A stretch of 64,000 bases of DNA, taken from contig CAUPSL010000915.1 of assembly GCA_963514005.1 (NCBI GenBank), forward strand, positions 1 through 64,000. Direction: 5' to 3'. Made by a program: the position numbers and the translations under genes. This DNA comes from Raja brachyura. Its lineage: Eukaryota. Positions within the stretch are counted from its first letter, which is position 1; each line of letters begins with the position of its first letter. The notes below the pieces were generated by a model, which had not been told where the DNA came from, ran no database searches, and was given only the letters and a program-made list of their open reading frames with translations. Below, one piece after another: positions 38,056 through 50,712 of this stretch.

Positions 38056-39299
38056 GATTCATATTTCAGTTGACTCACGGCGTAGAATCACAGTTGTGGA
38101 CTCTCACTCACGATTTCCCAGAGTGAGTGACTCACGTCCAGCCTCCAGGGCTTTATGCTCCTGCTCCCCCCGGAGGGGGCGTTTCCTTAATCATGGCGAT
38201 TGACAGGCAGGAGGAACAATCAGCTGATCTCACGATTATTTAAACAGTCATAATTTTTTTATTATTTCACCGATCGGAAAAATCCTTGGTGTGGCAGGAG
38301 CGGAGTAAAACGGCGATAAAACGATAGTGATATAAGGTAGCGTTTTTTTCTAAAATCAATTTACAACATAGACTTGCATTGGCCAAGATGGGAATATTAG
38401 TAATAATATCAATTATGATACCTGCCTCAAATCCGTGTTCATGCAGCTCGTACCATATACCCACGACCCTCTGTGTGAAAAGTGTGTCCCTTGGGTTGCC
38501 AGTAAATATTATCCCCACCCTCCTTAAACTATGCCCTCTGGCTCTTGATCACCCTCTCATGGCGGTAAAATACTGCATTTACCATATCTATTCACCTCGT
38601 GATTTTGTACACCTCTGCAAGACGGCCTAGTCGCCCCAATTATAGGAATAATGTGGATGCTTTGGAGCCGGTTCATAGGAGGTTTACCAGAATGCAAGGT
38701 GGATCAGACAGTATTAGCCACAGGGAAAATGTGTAGAGGCTGCAACGGAGGATTACTGGAAAGTTGACTGTATTAGAGTGTTTCAGGTACGGGTAGATGT
38801 TGCACATACCTGGAATGATTTCACTGTAACGCTGGTTGTTCTCTCGACACTTGATAGAGACCTGATAAATTTACAGTGAGAACCTCTCCACCCACCGCCT
38901 CCCTCACGCCCCTTCCCGCCCCAGTGTGGAAATATCAAAGTGAGGCATAAGTTTAAGGTGAAAGGGGGACATTTTACAGGAGTTGTACATGGCAGGTTTT
39001 TATTTGCGCAGAGTGTGATGGGTTATTGGAACGCGCTTTTAGATAGGCATATGGAGATGCATGGATTCCAGTGATATGTATCACATACACTCAGATGGTG
39101 TAAGTTTACCTTGGTATCATGCTCGGCACGGACACATGTGACCACATCTGAAGTAAATGCTGGTCGATTTATATACTAGGACTCAAAGGGGACGACCTGG
39201 AATCTGAGCTTCACACCCTTAAACACACCAGAGACGGGGAGAATTACCTGGATGCTGGGTTTGGGGAGGCAGATACGGTTGCTAGTGTAACTGTTTCTA

Positions 39300-41930
39300 A
39301 AGTGGTCCGTGGTGATGAAGAGGATGTTACTGCTAGCGGCACAGGCAGGGGAACATAGGTGAGGTTTGAGTTAGAGGAATGTACGAAGGGTGCGAAACTT
39401 GTTCAGGGCACCGTGTTTAGATGGGCCATTCGGAAGGTAACGGGGAAGAAAAACGTAGTTGCCATTGTGGATGGTATAGTTGGTGGTATTGTCCCTGTTC
39501 TCTGTCGCGGGGATCGAGAATCCCGATGGATGTCTTGGCTGGGGGTGGGGGGGGGGGGGGGGGGGGGGGGGGGGTGGGGGGAACGAGAAAACAGGTTCTG
39601 CTAAAATAATTTGAGCAGCTTCATACTAAATTGAAAGGAATAACCCAGAAAGTAACAATCTCCAGATTACCTCCTGGGCCGCGTGCACATTGGAATAAGG
39701 TTGAGAAAAATTAGAGAATTGAGCGACTGGCTCAAAGACTGGTGTTGGAGCAGTGGGTTTGAATTTGTTGCACATTGGCACCGGTATTGGGGAAGGAGGG
39801 TACAGTTCCGACGTGAAGGACTCCACTTGAACACACGGGGATCAGACTCCTGGCAAACCGTATAACCAGGGCGTTCTCTTAGACAACATACAACATTGCA
39901 ACATCTCTTAGAGCGTTAAACTAAAGAGTGTGGGTGGGTGGGGGAGGGGGGGGCGAGGTGGGGTCAATAAATTGCAAGTATAAAGGTGGAATTAAGGGAA
40001 GGAACGTGCAGGAAAAGCTACCGAAGGATCTAGAATTAATGCGATGGAAAATTAAAAAAAGGGAGAAGAGAGTAAGGTCAGATCAAACCGGGACCGATGT
40101 GAGAAGGGAGGAGAATACCAAATAAAATATGTTGTATTTTAATGCGCGCAGTATATGAAAAAAAGTGGATGAGCTTGTGGCACCCTTGGAAATTGGTTGC
40201 TATGATGTTGTGGGAATTAAAGGGACGTGGCTGCAAAAGAGCTGGGAGCTGAAACTTCCAGGTGAAACGTTCCATCGGTAAGACAGACAGGTGGACAGAA
40301 GGGGTGGGGGTAGCTCTGTTGGTGAGGAATGAAATTCAGTCGTTAGCGAGGGGTGACATAGAATCAGAAGATGTAGTTATTTTGGACAGAACTGAGAAAT
40401 TATCAAGGTAAAATACTATAATGAGAATTATTCGCAGGCCTCCAAACAACAACCAGTATATATGATATAAGTTATGTCAGGAGATGAAATTGACAAGTAA
40501 GAACGATAATGCAACGGTAGGCATGATGAGTCTAATAGGCAGGTAGACTGGGAAAAATCAGGTTGATGCCCCAAGAAAGGGAATGTACAGAGTGCCTCCA
40601 AGATGTATTCTTAGCGCAACTTGTGGTGGAGCCTACCAGGGAAAAGGCTATTCTGGATTTGATGTTTGGGGCTGAACCGGATTTGATAAGGGAATTTCCA
40701 AATAATATGAGTTTTAATCTGCAATTTGAGAGGGGGAAGATGAGAACGGATGTGTCGGTATTGCAGCTGAGCAAAGGGGACTACAGAGACAGGAGGGAGG
40801 AGCTGGCCGAAGTCGTCAGGAAAGGGACGCTGGCAGGGATGACGGTGGAACAGCAAAGGCAGGAATTTCTGAGAATAATTCTGACGCTGCAGTATCTTTT
40901 CATTCCAAAGTGGAATAAACATACCAGGGGGAGAAAGAAGCGACCGTGGCTGACAAGAGAAGTCAGACTATATATTGTAAGACACAAAAAATAGAAGGCA
41001 TACAACATTGCAAAGATAGGTGGGAATCCAGAGGATTGAGTAGATGTTTAAAGAACAACAGAAGGCAAGCTAACAAAGTAATACGCAGAGAAAATGTGAA
41101 ATACGAAGGTAATCTAGCTAAAAATATAAAAGAGGATAGCAAACATTTCTTCAATTATATAAAGAATAAGAAAGAGATAAGACTGCACGTTGGACTGCTG
41201 TGAAATAATGCAGAAGTGATAATGGGGAATTAAAAAAATGGTAGAGGAATTGAATTTTTTTTTGCATCAGTCTTCACAGTAAAATATACCAGCAACGTGC
41301 CTGAAATTAAGGACAGTCCGGGTGGACGAGAATGGATGGGCTATTCCAAGGGATAATTTGTTTGACAAGCGGAAAGGGCTGGATGTCAACTGGACCAGGT
41401 GGAATGCCCCGCATGGTTTTGAAAGAGGTGGCTTTAGAGATTGTGGAGGCATTGATAGTGATATTTAAAGAATCACTGGAGTCAGAAGTGGTCACAGATG
41501 TTTGGGAACATTCCAAGATTACCCCACTGAACAGGATGGGAGCAAGCAGAATAGTGGGAATTATTAGGTAGACAAAATGCTGGAGAAACTCAGCGGGTGA
41601 GGCAGCATCTATGGAGCGAAGGAAGTAGGCAACGTTTCGGGTCGAAACGCTTCTACAGAATTTTTGGCTGGTTAATCTGACTTCTGTAGTTGGTAAAATT
41701 GTAGAGATATTTAAAAAGGATCGGGTTACAGAGTACTGAGATGTTCACGATAAAATAGGCCGAAGTCAGCATGGTTTTTGAAGGGGAGGTCTTAGCTCTG
41801 AAATATGATGGCATTATTTGAAGAAGGAAATAGCAGGATAGAGAAAGGGGAGTCAGTATACGGAGTTTACTAAGACTGTTAGAAAGCGTTTGATAAGGTG
41901 CCACACGCGAGGCTGCTTACAAAGGGTAGG
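39300..41930 (+). mobile_element. degenerate CR1 (ORF1 esterase remnant, ORF2 endonuclease/RT start)
   Basis: LSDWLKDWCWSSGFEFVAHW, YFNARS, EPTREKAILDL, PWLTREVR, LKEVALEIVEAL. Confidence 0.85.
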
Positions 41931-41932
41931 CA

Positions 41933-42260
41933 GACGTGGCGCCGATGGACGAGGAGCAGAATAAAAGAAGTCGACGCCAACGAACCGAATGGAAACGAGG
42001 CCGAAACGCCAAATAACCGAAAATGTACGAAGCCGATACGCCAACTAACTGAAAGGATGGGACGCCTAAATGCAAACTAACCGAAAGGGCGGGGCGCCTA
42101 AAAACCAACTAACCGGAAGTCTGCGTCGCATAAAAGCAAAGTCACCGAATGGCCGCTCTGTCGAAACGCCACCTACCCGAAAGGCGGCGTCGCCTACAAG
42201 CCAACGAACAGAATGCCGCTCAACAGATAAGTCAAATAACGGACATGACGTTGCCGGGGA
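41933..42260 (+). mobile_element. long terminal-repeat arm of an unclassified foldback-type DNA element
   Basis: Begins (c/g)acgtggcgccga; ~200 bp inverted similarity to 51912-52112. Confidence 0.55.
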
Positions 42261-42264
42261 GCGG

Positions 42265-44328
42265 GACTTGTGAGCGATTGGTCGAGACCTCCGCGTCCAT
42301 CACATGGTCCACTCTACCAGTGGTACAGAGGTAAACTTGGAGGAGTACACATCCACTGCGCTCTCCTACATCAACTGCTGTGTGGACATTGTCACAGTGG
42401 ACAAGGAATTAAGATGTTCCCAAACCGCAAACCGTGGATGAACAAGGAGGTTCAGAATCTGCTGAGGGCACGCAACATTGCCTTTAAATCCAGGGACACT
42501 TCTGCCTACAGTGCTGCCAGGTCAAACCTGAACAAAGGCATAAAAAAGGCCAAAGACATCCACGGGTAAAGGGTGGAAGACCACTTCAACACCGCGGACA
42601 CAAAAAGCATGTGGCAGGGTGTCAGGGACATCACTGACTACAAGAGCAGCCCCGTCTGCCCCCACAGTGACATCACACTGGCCAATGAATTAAACACCTT
42701 CTTTGCCCGCTTTGAAACTGGCAACACCACCAGGAGAGGAACAACCCCGGCTAGGGCGGAGGGACAGACCTTAACACTGAGCACCCAGGCGGTACAGTGC
42801 GCTCTGCGTAGGATCAATCCACGCAGGATGGAGTCCAGGGTAGGGTACTAAAGGACTGTGCTGTACAGCTGGCGGTGGTATTTACGAGGATCTTCAACCT
42901 GTCTCTATCTCTGGCAACGGTCCCCAAGTGGCTGAAGACAGCTACCATAGTGCCGGTGCCGAAAAAGTCTAAAGTCACCAACCTGAATGACTACCGCCCG
43001 GTTGCCCTAACTCCATTACCAATTAAGTGCTTTGAAAGGCTGGACCTCTCCCACATAAAATCCAGCTTCCCTGCATCATTGGACTCTCATCAATTTGCAT
43101 ACAGGGCAAATTGATCCACAGAGGAAGCCATCTCTGTGGCTCTTCACACTGTCCTGACACCTGGAAAGACAGGGCACCTACGTGAGGATGCTCTTCATTA
43201 ACTATAGTTCTGCCTTCAATGCGGTCATCCCCACCAAGCTCACCCACAAACTCCACCAGCTAGGCCTCAGCTCACTGATATGCGATTGGATCCTGGATTT
43301 TCTGACGGAGCGACCGCAGGCAGTGAGACTGGGGCCGCACCTGTCCTCCACTATCAGCCTGAGCACCGGCACACCACAGGGCTGTGTACTGAGCCCCATG
43401 CTCTACTCCCTCTTCACCCATGACGGTGTCCCTGCATTTCACAACAACACCATTGTCAAATTTGCAGACGACACAACGGTGATCGGGCTGATCACCAACG
43501 GTGATGAAACAAACTATAGAGCGGAGGTGCAGAACATGGCAGACTGGTGCTCACGGACCAACTTGTCGCTAAACAACTCCAAGATCAAGGAGCTGATTAT
43601 CGACTTCAGGAGATCACAGAATGGGGAATACGCCCCAATCTCCATCTACGGAGACAGTGTGGGGAGAGTGTCAAGCTTCAAGTTTCTGGGCACTCACATC
43701 TCAGAGGACCCCACATGGTTCACCAACACTGCTGCGCTGGTCAAAAAGGCACAGCAACGACTGTTCTTCCTGAGAACATTGAAACGGACTCGTCTGCCCC
43801 AACAGCTGCTGACGACCTTCTACCGCTGCACCACAGAGAGCATACTAACGTATGGCATCGCTGTGTGGTATCTCAGCTGCACGGAGGCGGAGAGGAGAGC
43901 TCTTCAGCGCGTTGTCCACAGAGCGCAACAGATTATTGGGACACAGCTACCAGCCTTGGAGGGCATCTACCACACACGGTGCCAGAGGAAGGTCGTCAGC
44001 ATACATAAAGACTCATCTCACCCTTGTAATGGACTGTTCCAATCACTACTCCCTTCCGGCAGACGTTACAAGGCCTTCTACGCCGGCACTACCAGACTCA
44101 TTCCCAGAGCTATAGCGGCTCTGAACCGGCCCTAGTGAATACCACCCCCCAAACCCCACCCCCAGGGACTGTCTCCCCCGGCCTCGCACTTTAGTCTGCG
44201 TTGATGTTACTGGTCAAATGTTCGTTTTTACAAACCTTGTTCTCGAGGGTTGCTAACCAAAATCTCGAAGTTGCAAACCAAATCCCGTTGCACTTATGTG
44301 TAATGACAGTAAAGGATATTATTATTAT
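42265..44328 (+). mobile_element. Rex1/Babar LINE, 5'-truncated, frameshifted
   Basis: [51 protein letters not shown]; (ATT)n tail. Confidence 0.92.
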
Positions 44329-44757
44329 TTTTTAAAATAATTTTTTTATTAACGATAACCAATTTTCAATGTTTAAAACTGAGTTATAAACATCAACTTA
44401 ATTCAATGTTTGTACATAACACACTAATGATTATTATCTTATATTTTTTTGAAAATAAAAGTGAGTAGAGAAAAATACCATTATTAATCAATAAAATTAT
44501 AATTCCATAATAATTAGTTGGTATAAGAGAAAAAAGAAAATGAAGAAAAAGAAAAAAGACAAAAAAAGTGAGAAAAAAAATAAGAACAAATATTATATGT
44601 ATATATAAATGAAAAACCACACTATATATTGTAAATAAAACAACTACAAATAATAATATCAATAAAGACATGCATATATCCTAGTATACAAATGAATTAT
44701 TTTCATCAAATCCCGCAGGGTGCCCGTCGAGCCGTGATGCCAAGAACAGCTACTTCT

Positions 44758-47700
44758 CTAAATACTGTATATATGGAGACCATATCTGTTCAAAAGAATT
44801 ATACTTGTCCAGAAGGACAAATCGAATTCTTTCCAAGTATAACGTCTCCAACATCTCTGATGCCCACATTTTAATTGTTGGGGATAATGTTCCTTCCAAA
44901 ATTTCAATATTATTTTTTTCCCTAATATCAAACAATAATCAAGGAAATTTCTTTGATCCAATGTAAATATCAAATTAGACTCAGGAATTCCCAATATTAT
45001 TAACTTTGGGTCAGGGTCTAGTTGAACTTTAAGAACTTCAGAAATAACTTTAAACATTTCTGTCCAATAATAATTCAATTTAGGACATGTAACAAAACTG
45101 TGTGTTAAATTTGCTTCTAAATTCTTACATTTATCACAAATAGAGGAGAGATTAGGAAATATACTATTTAATTTAGTTTTCGAATAATGTAATCTGTATA
45201 ATAGTTTAAATTGTATTAATGTATGTCTAGCATTTAACGAGCACCGATGTATTCGTTGTAAACTTTCTTCCCAATTTTCTTTGGTTATAGGTGATCCAAT
45301 TTCATTTTCCCATGCTTGACGATATGTTTCAGTTATTGGATTCTCCTTATCCATAATGATGTTATATATATAAGCTATTAATTTTTCTGTGGTTGGATGC
45401 AAGTTAAACAATTCATCTAATAATCCTGGTTCTTTATTTTTAAAATCCTGTGTATTAGATTTAATATAATCTCTAATTTGAAAATACCTAAACAAATGTG
45501 GTGAAGACAATCCGTAGATATCTTGTAACTCCTGAAATGAAAGAAATGTTCCATTTCTATAAAGGTGCTCTACCCTTGTAATTCCTAAATTATCCCAATG
45601 TCTAAACCCCCCATCCAGTGTGGAGGGCTTAAATAATGGGTTATTCATAATTGGTAGTCTAAATGAGAGATTATCTAAATGTAAAGTCTTGACTATTTGT
45701 TTCCAAATACGTCTATTATTGTAAATGATAGGATTGTCCCTATAATTTTTTTTTTGCACTTTTGGGGCAAAAATAATTGAGTCTACGTTAAAAGGCAAAC
45801 AATCTTCCTTTTCTATCTTTAACCACGTTGGTTCCAGGTCCGTATTTACCCACCAAAAATTCATATTCTTAATCTGTACTGCCCAGAAATAGTATAGAAA
45901 ATTTGGAAGTGCTAACCCTCCATTTATCTTTGACTTACATAAATGTTTTTTACTTATTCTATGATTTTTATAATCCCAGATAAAACTATTAACAATATTA
46001 TCAATTTTTTTAAAAAAGGTTTTCGGAAGGAAAAAAGGGATAGCTTGAAACAGATATAATAATTGTGGTAGAAAAACCATCTTTATAGCATTTATTCTAC
46101 CAATCAAAGATATAGGAAGTGTTTTCCAATATAAAACATTTTTTCTAAGTTTATCTAATAATTGAGGATAATTAGATCTAATTAATGAATTATGGGATTT
46201 AGATACATTAATTCCTAAGTATTTAAATTTGTCTGTAACTATTTTTAATGGGTATTGTTGTAATATGTTTACATTTATTTTAGTTATAGGCATAATATCA
46301 CTTTTATTCCAATTAATCCTATATCCAGAAAATGTACTAAATGTATTTATAACATCAAACAACGTTGGAATACTAATTTCAGGTTGTGTGATATAAATCA
46401 AAACATCATCTGCATATAAGGATATTTTGTTAATAGTTGTATCAGTCTTATAACCATATATTTCAGGATTAGATCTAATTCTTTCCGCCAAAGGCTCTAT
46501 CGCCAAGGCAAATAATAAAGGCGATAACGGACATCCCTGTCTGCATCCCCTAAAGAGTTTAAATTTAGCTGATAGTATTTGATTAGTTAGAATTCTTGCA
46601 GTAGGATCCGAGTATAGGATTCTTACCCATTTACAAAATCGATCCCCCAATTGAAACTTTTCCATTATATTAAATAAATATAACCATTCCACCTGATCAA
46701 ATGTTTTTTCTGCGTCTAACGATATGACTGCTAATTCCGTATCTCGTATTCTTTTAGAATATATAATATTAAACAGGCGTCTTAGATTATGAAATGAATA
46801 GCGTTTTCGAATAAAACCTGTTTGATCATAATGTATTAATTTAGAAATCACCAGACTTAGTCTCCGAGATAAAACTTTAGTTAATATTTTTTGGTCTGTA
46901 TTTAGAAGGGCAATCGCTCTATATGAACCAGGATCTTCCAAATCTTTATCTACCTTAGGAATGAGTGTGATTGTGGATTCATTTAAAGATTCTGGTAATT
47001 TTCCTTTTTCATATGCATATCTATACACTGTATGTAGTCTTGGGGAGATCAGATCTTGACATTTTTTATAAAATTCTGCACTCAGGCCGTCGGGGCCCGC
47101 AGCTTTTCCGTTCTTTAATGAACCAATTGATTCTACGATATCTTTCACTGATATTTCAGCGTTTAACAAGTGTCTACCTTCCTGATCTAAACTATTAATT
47201 TGACATTCTTGTAAAAATGTTTCCATTCCATCTGTTTGTCCTGTTAATTTTGATGAGTAAAGATTTTGGTAATATTGTAAAAATATGTCATTAATGTCTT
47301 TTGGTATGGTCAATATGTTTCCTTGCAGAGATCTAATTCCATGTATCATTTTTTCATCATCTAATTTTCTTAATTGTCGTGCTAGCAATTTTTGCGGTTT
47401 ATCACCAAATTCAAAATACACTTGTTTGGTTTGTTGAAAAGGTTTAATGACTTGGTTAGAGTATATTTTATTTAGTCTATATTTTGCTATTGCAATTTTA
47501 TTACTTAACTCCTTAGAAGGATGTTTTATATTTTCATTGTCTAGTTGTTTTATCTCCATTTCTAACTTCTGTTCCATCTTTCGATTTTCTTTATTAAAAT
47601 ATGCTTGTGCCGATATTATCGCACCACGCATGAATGTTTTAAATGTATCCCAAAGTAACAGTGGTGAAATTTCAGGTGTGTCATTTGTCTCAAAGAATAA

Positions 47701-48588
47701 TTTAATCTGTGCTGTCACATGGCTACAACAATCCTTGTCCTTCAGTATCTGGGGATTAAATCTCCAAGTCGTAGTTTTATTAAATATATCTTTTAATTTT
47801 ATCTTAAATGTTAATGGTGCATGATCTGAAATAATAATGTTGTGATATTTTGCATTATACGTATAAGGAAGCAGTTTTGAGTCTATTAGAAAGTAATCTA
47901 TCCTCGAGTAGGTTCCAAATACGGGCGAGAAAAAAGAATATTCTCGTCCGGATGGATTCTCTAATCTCCAAATATCCTTAACATTAGATGTATTGATAAA
48001 ATAATTTATAAGTTTACTTGATTTAGAGGTAACTTTCCTTTTTGTTGAAGATCTGTCTAAGTAGTTATCTAGAGTGCAATTTAAATCACCCCCAATTATT
48101 AAATTATGTTGAGTAGATATAGGAATATTATTAAATATGTTCTTAAAAAATAATGGGTTATCGAAATTAGGAGCATATATATTCATAAGAATTACTTTTT
48201 TTGAGTATAATTCCCCTGTAATTATTACATATCTGCCCTCTTTATCTTCTATTATAGAACTTTGTTTAAAAGGTATACCTTTACGAATAATTATTGCAAC
48301 TCCCCTAGATTTATGTATAAATGAAGAATGATATACCTTTGAAATCCATTTAGCTGTTAATCTATGTTGAGCATCTTTTTTGAGATGCGTCTCTTGGAAG
48401 AAAATGACGTCTGATTTCAATCTATTCAGCTGAGCTAACACCTTACCCCTTTTAATTGGTTCATTAATTCCCTTAACATTCCAACTACAGAAAGTAACTC
48501 CATCATCCCCAGTCTTCAGATTCATGTCTTGCATTTTACTGTTAGGGTGTTTTTTTTTGGAGTAGCCTTCTCGACTCCTCCAGCTCAA
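44758..48588 (-). CDS. L1 ORF2p (APE endonuclease + reverse transcriptase + Cys motif), frameshift near the C-terminus
   Basis: SWNVKG, QETH, NIYAPN, GGDLN, SRIDY, SDHAP; GPDG, SLDAEKTFD, RQGCPLSP, YADD, YLG; CDKC...H...C. The true C-terminus continues in ORF 44750-44935. The first ATG is MQDMN. Confidence 0.93.
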   Translation of the reverse strand: MSWRSREGYSKKKHPNSKMQDMNLKTGDDGVTFCSWNVKGINEPIKRGKVLAQLNRLKSDVIFFQETHLKKDAQHRLTAKWISKVYHSSFIHKSRGVAIIIRKGIPFKQSSIIEDKEGRYVIITGELYSKKVILMNIYAPNFDNPLFFKNIFNNIPISTQHNLIIGGDLNCTLDNYLDRSSTKRKVTSKSSKLINYFINTSNVKDIWRLENPSGREYSFFSPVFGTYSRIDYFLIDSKLLPYTYNAKYHNIIISDHAPLTFKIKLKDIFNKTTTWRFNPQILKDKDCCSHVTAQIKLFFETNDTPEISPLLLWDTFKTFMRGAIISAQAYFNKENRKMEQKLEMEIKQLDNENIKHPSKELSNKIAIAKYRLNKIYSNQVIKPFQQTKQVYFEFGDKPQKLLARQLRKLDDEKMIHGIRSLQGNILTIPKDINDIFLQYYQNLYSSKLTGQTDGMETFLQECQINSLDQEGRHLLNAEISVKDIVESIGSLKNGKAAGPDGLSAEFYKKCQDLISPRLHTVYRYAYEKGKLPESLNESTITLIPKVDKDLEDPGSYRAIALLNTDQKILTKVLSRRLSLVISKLIHYDQTGFIRKRYSFHNLRRLFNIIYSKRIRDTELAVISLDAEKTFDQVEWLYLFNIMEKFQLGDRFCKWVRILYSDPTARILTNQILSAKFKLFRGCRQGCPLSPLLFALAIEPLAERIRSNPEIYGYKTDTTINKISLYADDVLIYITQPEISIPTLFDVINTFSTFSGYRINWNKSDIMPITKINVNILQQYPLKIVTDKFKYLGINVSKSHNSLIRSNYPQLLDKLRKNVLYWKTLPISLIGRINAIKMVFLPQLLYLFQAIPFFLPKTFFKKIDNIVNSFIWDYKNHRISKKHLCKSKINGGLALPNFLYYFWAVQIKNMNFWWVNTDLEPTWLKIEKEDCLPFNVDSIIFAPKVQKKNYRDNPIIYNNRRIWKQIVKTLHLDNLSFRLPIMNNPLFKPSTLDGGFRHWDNLGITRVEHLYRNGTFLSFQELQDIYGLSSPHLFRYFQIRDYIKSNTQDFKNKEPGLLDELFNLHPTTEKLIAYIYNIIMDKENPITETYRQAWENEIGSPITKENWEESLQRIHRCSLNARHTLIQFKLLYRLHYSKTKLNSIFPNLSSICDKCKNLEANLTHSFVTCPKLNYYWTEMFKVISEVLKVQLDPDPKLIILGIPESNLIFTLDQRNFLDYCLILGKKIILKFWKEHYPQQLKCGHQRCWRRYTWKEFDLSFWTSIILLNRYGLHIYSI

Positions 48589-49149
48589 CGATGCACCCGA
48601 ACGCCAACCCGATGAAAATTACCAGTCTCAATAATCCATGTCCGTGTCTACCTAAAGTAATTATACAATATTTATCATAATTACATTCATATAATATATA
48701 ACATAAATTCAAATACTTAATATATTAAAAAAAATTAAAAATGTAAGTAAAAAAAGAAAAAAGGGTGTTAAAAGGGTGCCCAAAGGAAAAAAAAAGACTA
48801 CACTGATAGATTGTGTAGTGTGTATTAGTGAACGCCACACTAACGTGGCGATTAATCTAATGACTTCCGTATTTGAAAAAGATGTTAAATATTCCAGCTC
48901 CTAACTAGAATACTGTGCATATTGGGGTGGGGTACTAACTTTAAGGACTTAGTAATTATTTCTATTATTCATGATACTATTTATTAATTACTATTCTATT
49001 GTAATTAGTATTATAGTAAGTAATACTATATTAGGGGAATAATTGAATTTGTACAAATTAATACCAAACTACAACTACATTCCCATTATTTCCCCTCTTT
49101 CTCAATGAATAATTCATAACCGCAGGTCAGTGATAAAAGTCCAAAATGT

Positions 49150-50166
49150 TCAGTCGTCGTCTTCTTCCTCCCGTAATTCATCGTCTGCTTCCTCTTCTGC
49201 CTTCTTCTGTATGCCTCGAGCGAATTCCAGTGCATCGGTATGCTTAACAAAGCGGTGTTCCTTGTTGTCGTAGGTCACTCTCAATGTTGCTGGGTACATC
49301 AGGCCATATCTGAGATCCATTGTATTCTTTAAATTCCGTAGAATGCCTCTTGTTTCAGTGAATAAGGATCTTCTCTTAGCAACTTCCGCTGGATAATCTC
49401 TGAAGATACTGATGTTATCTCCTTCGTATTTCAAATTTCTCTTTCTGATTATTATCTTCATCATTTCTTCAAAGACGTGATCATAGGCCACCTTTACAAT
49501 CATTTGTCTTGGTGGTGCACCACTCCCAGGGACCCGTCTTAAAGCCCTGTGGGCGCGGCCCAACAGTGGTTCTTGATCCAAATCCAGAATGTCCTTTAGG
49601 AGTTTTGCAGCAAATTTTCGCGGGTCCTGATTTCCTTCACGACCCTCGGCCAATCCTACTATTCGCAAATTCTTACCTCTTTGTCGACCCTCCAAATCAA
49701 TACATTTCTCATTTATTTTGCGAAGTAGCTCTGAGAGGCGTTTATTCTCGGCACGTAACTTCTCACTTTCCTTGGCACTTGTTACAGCAAAATCAGTCAG
49801 TTCTTTAATTGCCTCATTTTGTTGGTCGAGTGCGATGGTAATAGGATCTATCTTATCATTCAGCATTTGTTCCAGCCCAGCAACCTTGTCGTTTACTTCA
49901 GAAATTCGGTTTTGAAATTCAGCATCCGTCTTAATTTTCCATTCGTTCATCATAATCTTTACCGTCTCGGTAACTTCTTTTGTTAATTCCACTTTAGTTC
50001 TCTCATGAGACACCAGAATCTCCACTTTTAGAGTTTTTATTTCATCTTTATATTCTTTCTTCATGTCTTTAAATTCATCTTTATATTCCTTCTTCAGATC
50101 TTTTATTTCTTTCAGCAGTTTCTTCATCTCACCCATCAAGGAGTTTTTAAATTCTTCCATTTCCAC
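49150..50166 (-). CDS. L1 ORF1p (coiled coil + RRM + CTD)
   Basis: DLEGRQRGKNLRIVGLAEG, RAHR, PRQMIVK, IFRDY, YPATLRV. Confidence 0.92.
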   Translation of the reverse strand: MEMEEFKNSLMGEMKKLLKEIKDLKKEYKDEFKDMKKEYKDEIKTLKVEILVSHERTKVELTKEVTETVKIMMNEWKIKTDAEFQNRISEVNDKVAGLEQMLNDKIDPITIALDQQNEAIKELTDFAVTSAKESEKLRAENKRLSELLRKINEKCIDLEGRQRGKNLRIVGLAEGREGNQDPRKFAAKLLKDILDLDQEPLLGRAHRALRRVPGSGAPPRQMIVKVAYDHVFEEMMKIIIRKRNLKYEGDNISIFRDYPAEVAKRRSLFTETRGILRNLKNTMDLRYGLMYPATLRVTYDNKEHRFVKHTDALEFARGIQKKAEEEADDELREEEDDD

Positions 50167-50712
50167 TTTCCTCTGTGAGATCTCTTCCTGGAAGGAAGTC
50201 AGGCTCGAGCCCGAGGCTTTGGTGGGGCCAGCCTCCCTTCTTAGGCCCGGTTTCTTCGGGGGGGGGGGGGGGGGGAGGAGGAGTGCATTTTAAACTTCTT
50301 ACCGAAGTCGCGCGCCTGATGACGTCACGCAGCCTTCAATCGCACCGAAGCCGTTTTAAATCGATCTCCTGCGGTAAGTAACGTTAGCAGCCTCCTTTAA
50401 CCCCGTTTTTTTTACAGATTTTTGCGGAGCTGATCTGGCGCTGTTCTCACCTAAAACATGGCGNNNNNNNNNNNNNNNNNNNNNNNNNNNNNNNNNNNNN
50501 NNNNNNNNNNNNNNNNNNNNNNNNNNNNNNNNNNNNNNNNNNNNNNNNNNNNNNNNNNNNNNNNNNNNNNNNNNNNNNNNNNNNNNNNNNNNNNNNNNNN
50601 NNNNNNNGTGATCAACATTGTCCCACATCTCCGCTCCACCCGATCCACAGCCCGCGGATGGTGGCCGTGGGAGAGTGAGGGATGTGGGGGATGCGGACAT
50701 TCGGCCGCTTAC

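Larger units (their letters stand above)
27624..38412 (-). mobile_element. large non-autonomous Helitron with nested CR1, nested TIR element and expanded satellite
   Basis: 27624-27850 matches the reverse complement of the 3' end of the 14.3-kb Helitron, and 38270-38410 matches that of its 5' end. Flanks rejoin as one CR1 3' region (..tttaaatgtta|ttatgatacctgcctcaa..). Termini are degenerate. Confidence 0.75.
44329..50463 (-). mobile_element. near-full-length L1-clade LINE
   Basis: ORF1 + AT-rich spacer + ORF2, AATAAA and A-rich tail at ~44330-44350; 5' UTR with CGCCATGTT (YY1-like) runs into a gap. Confidence 0.95.
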
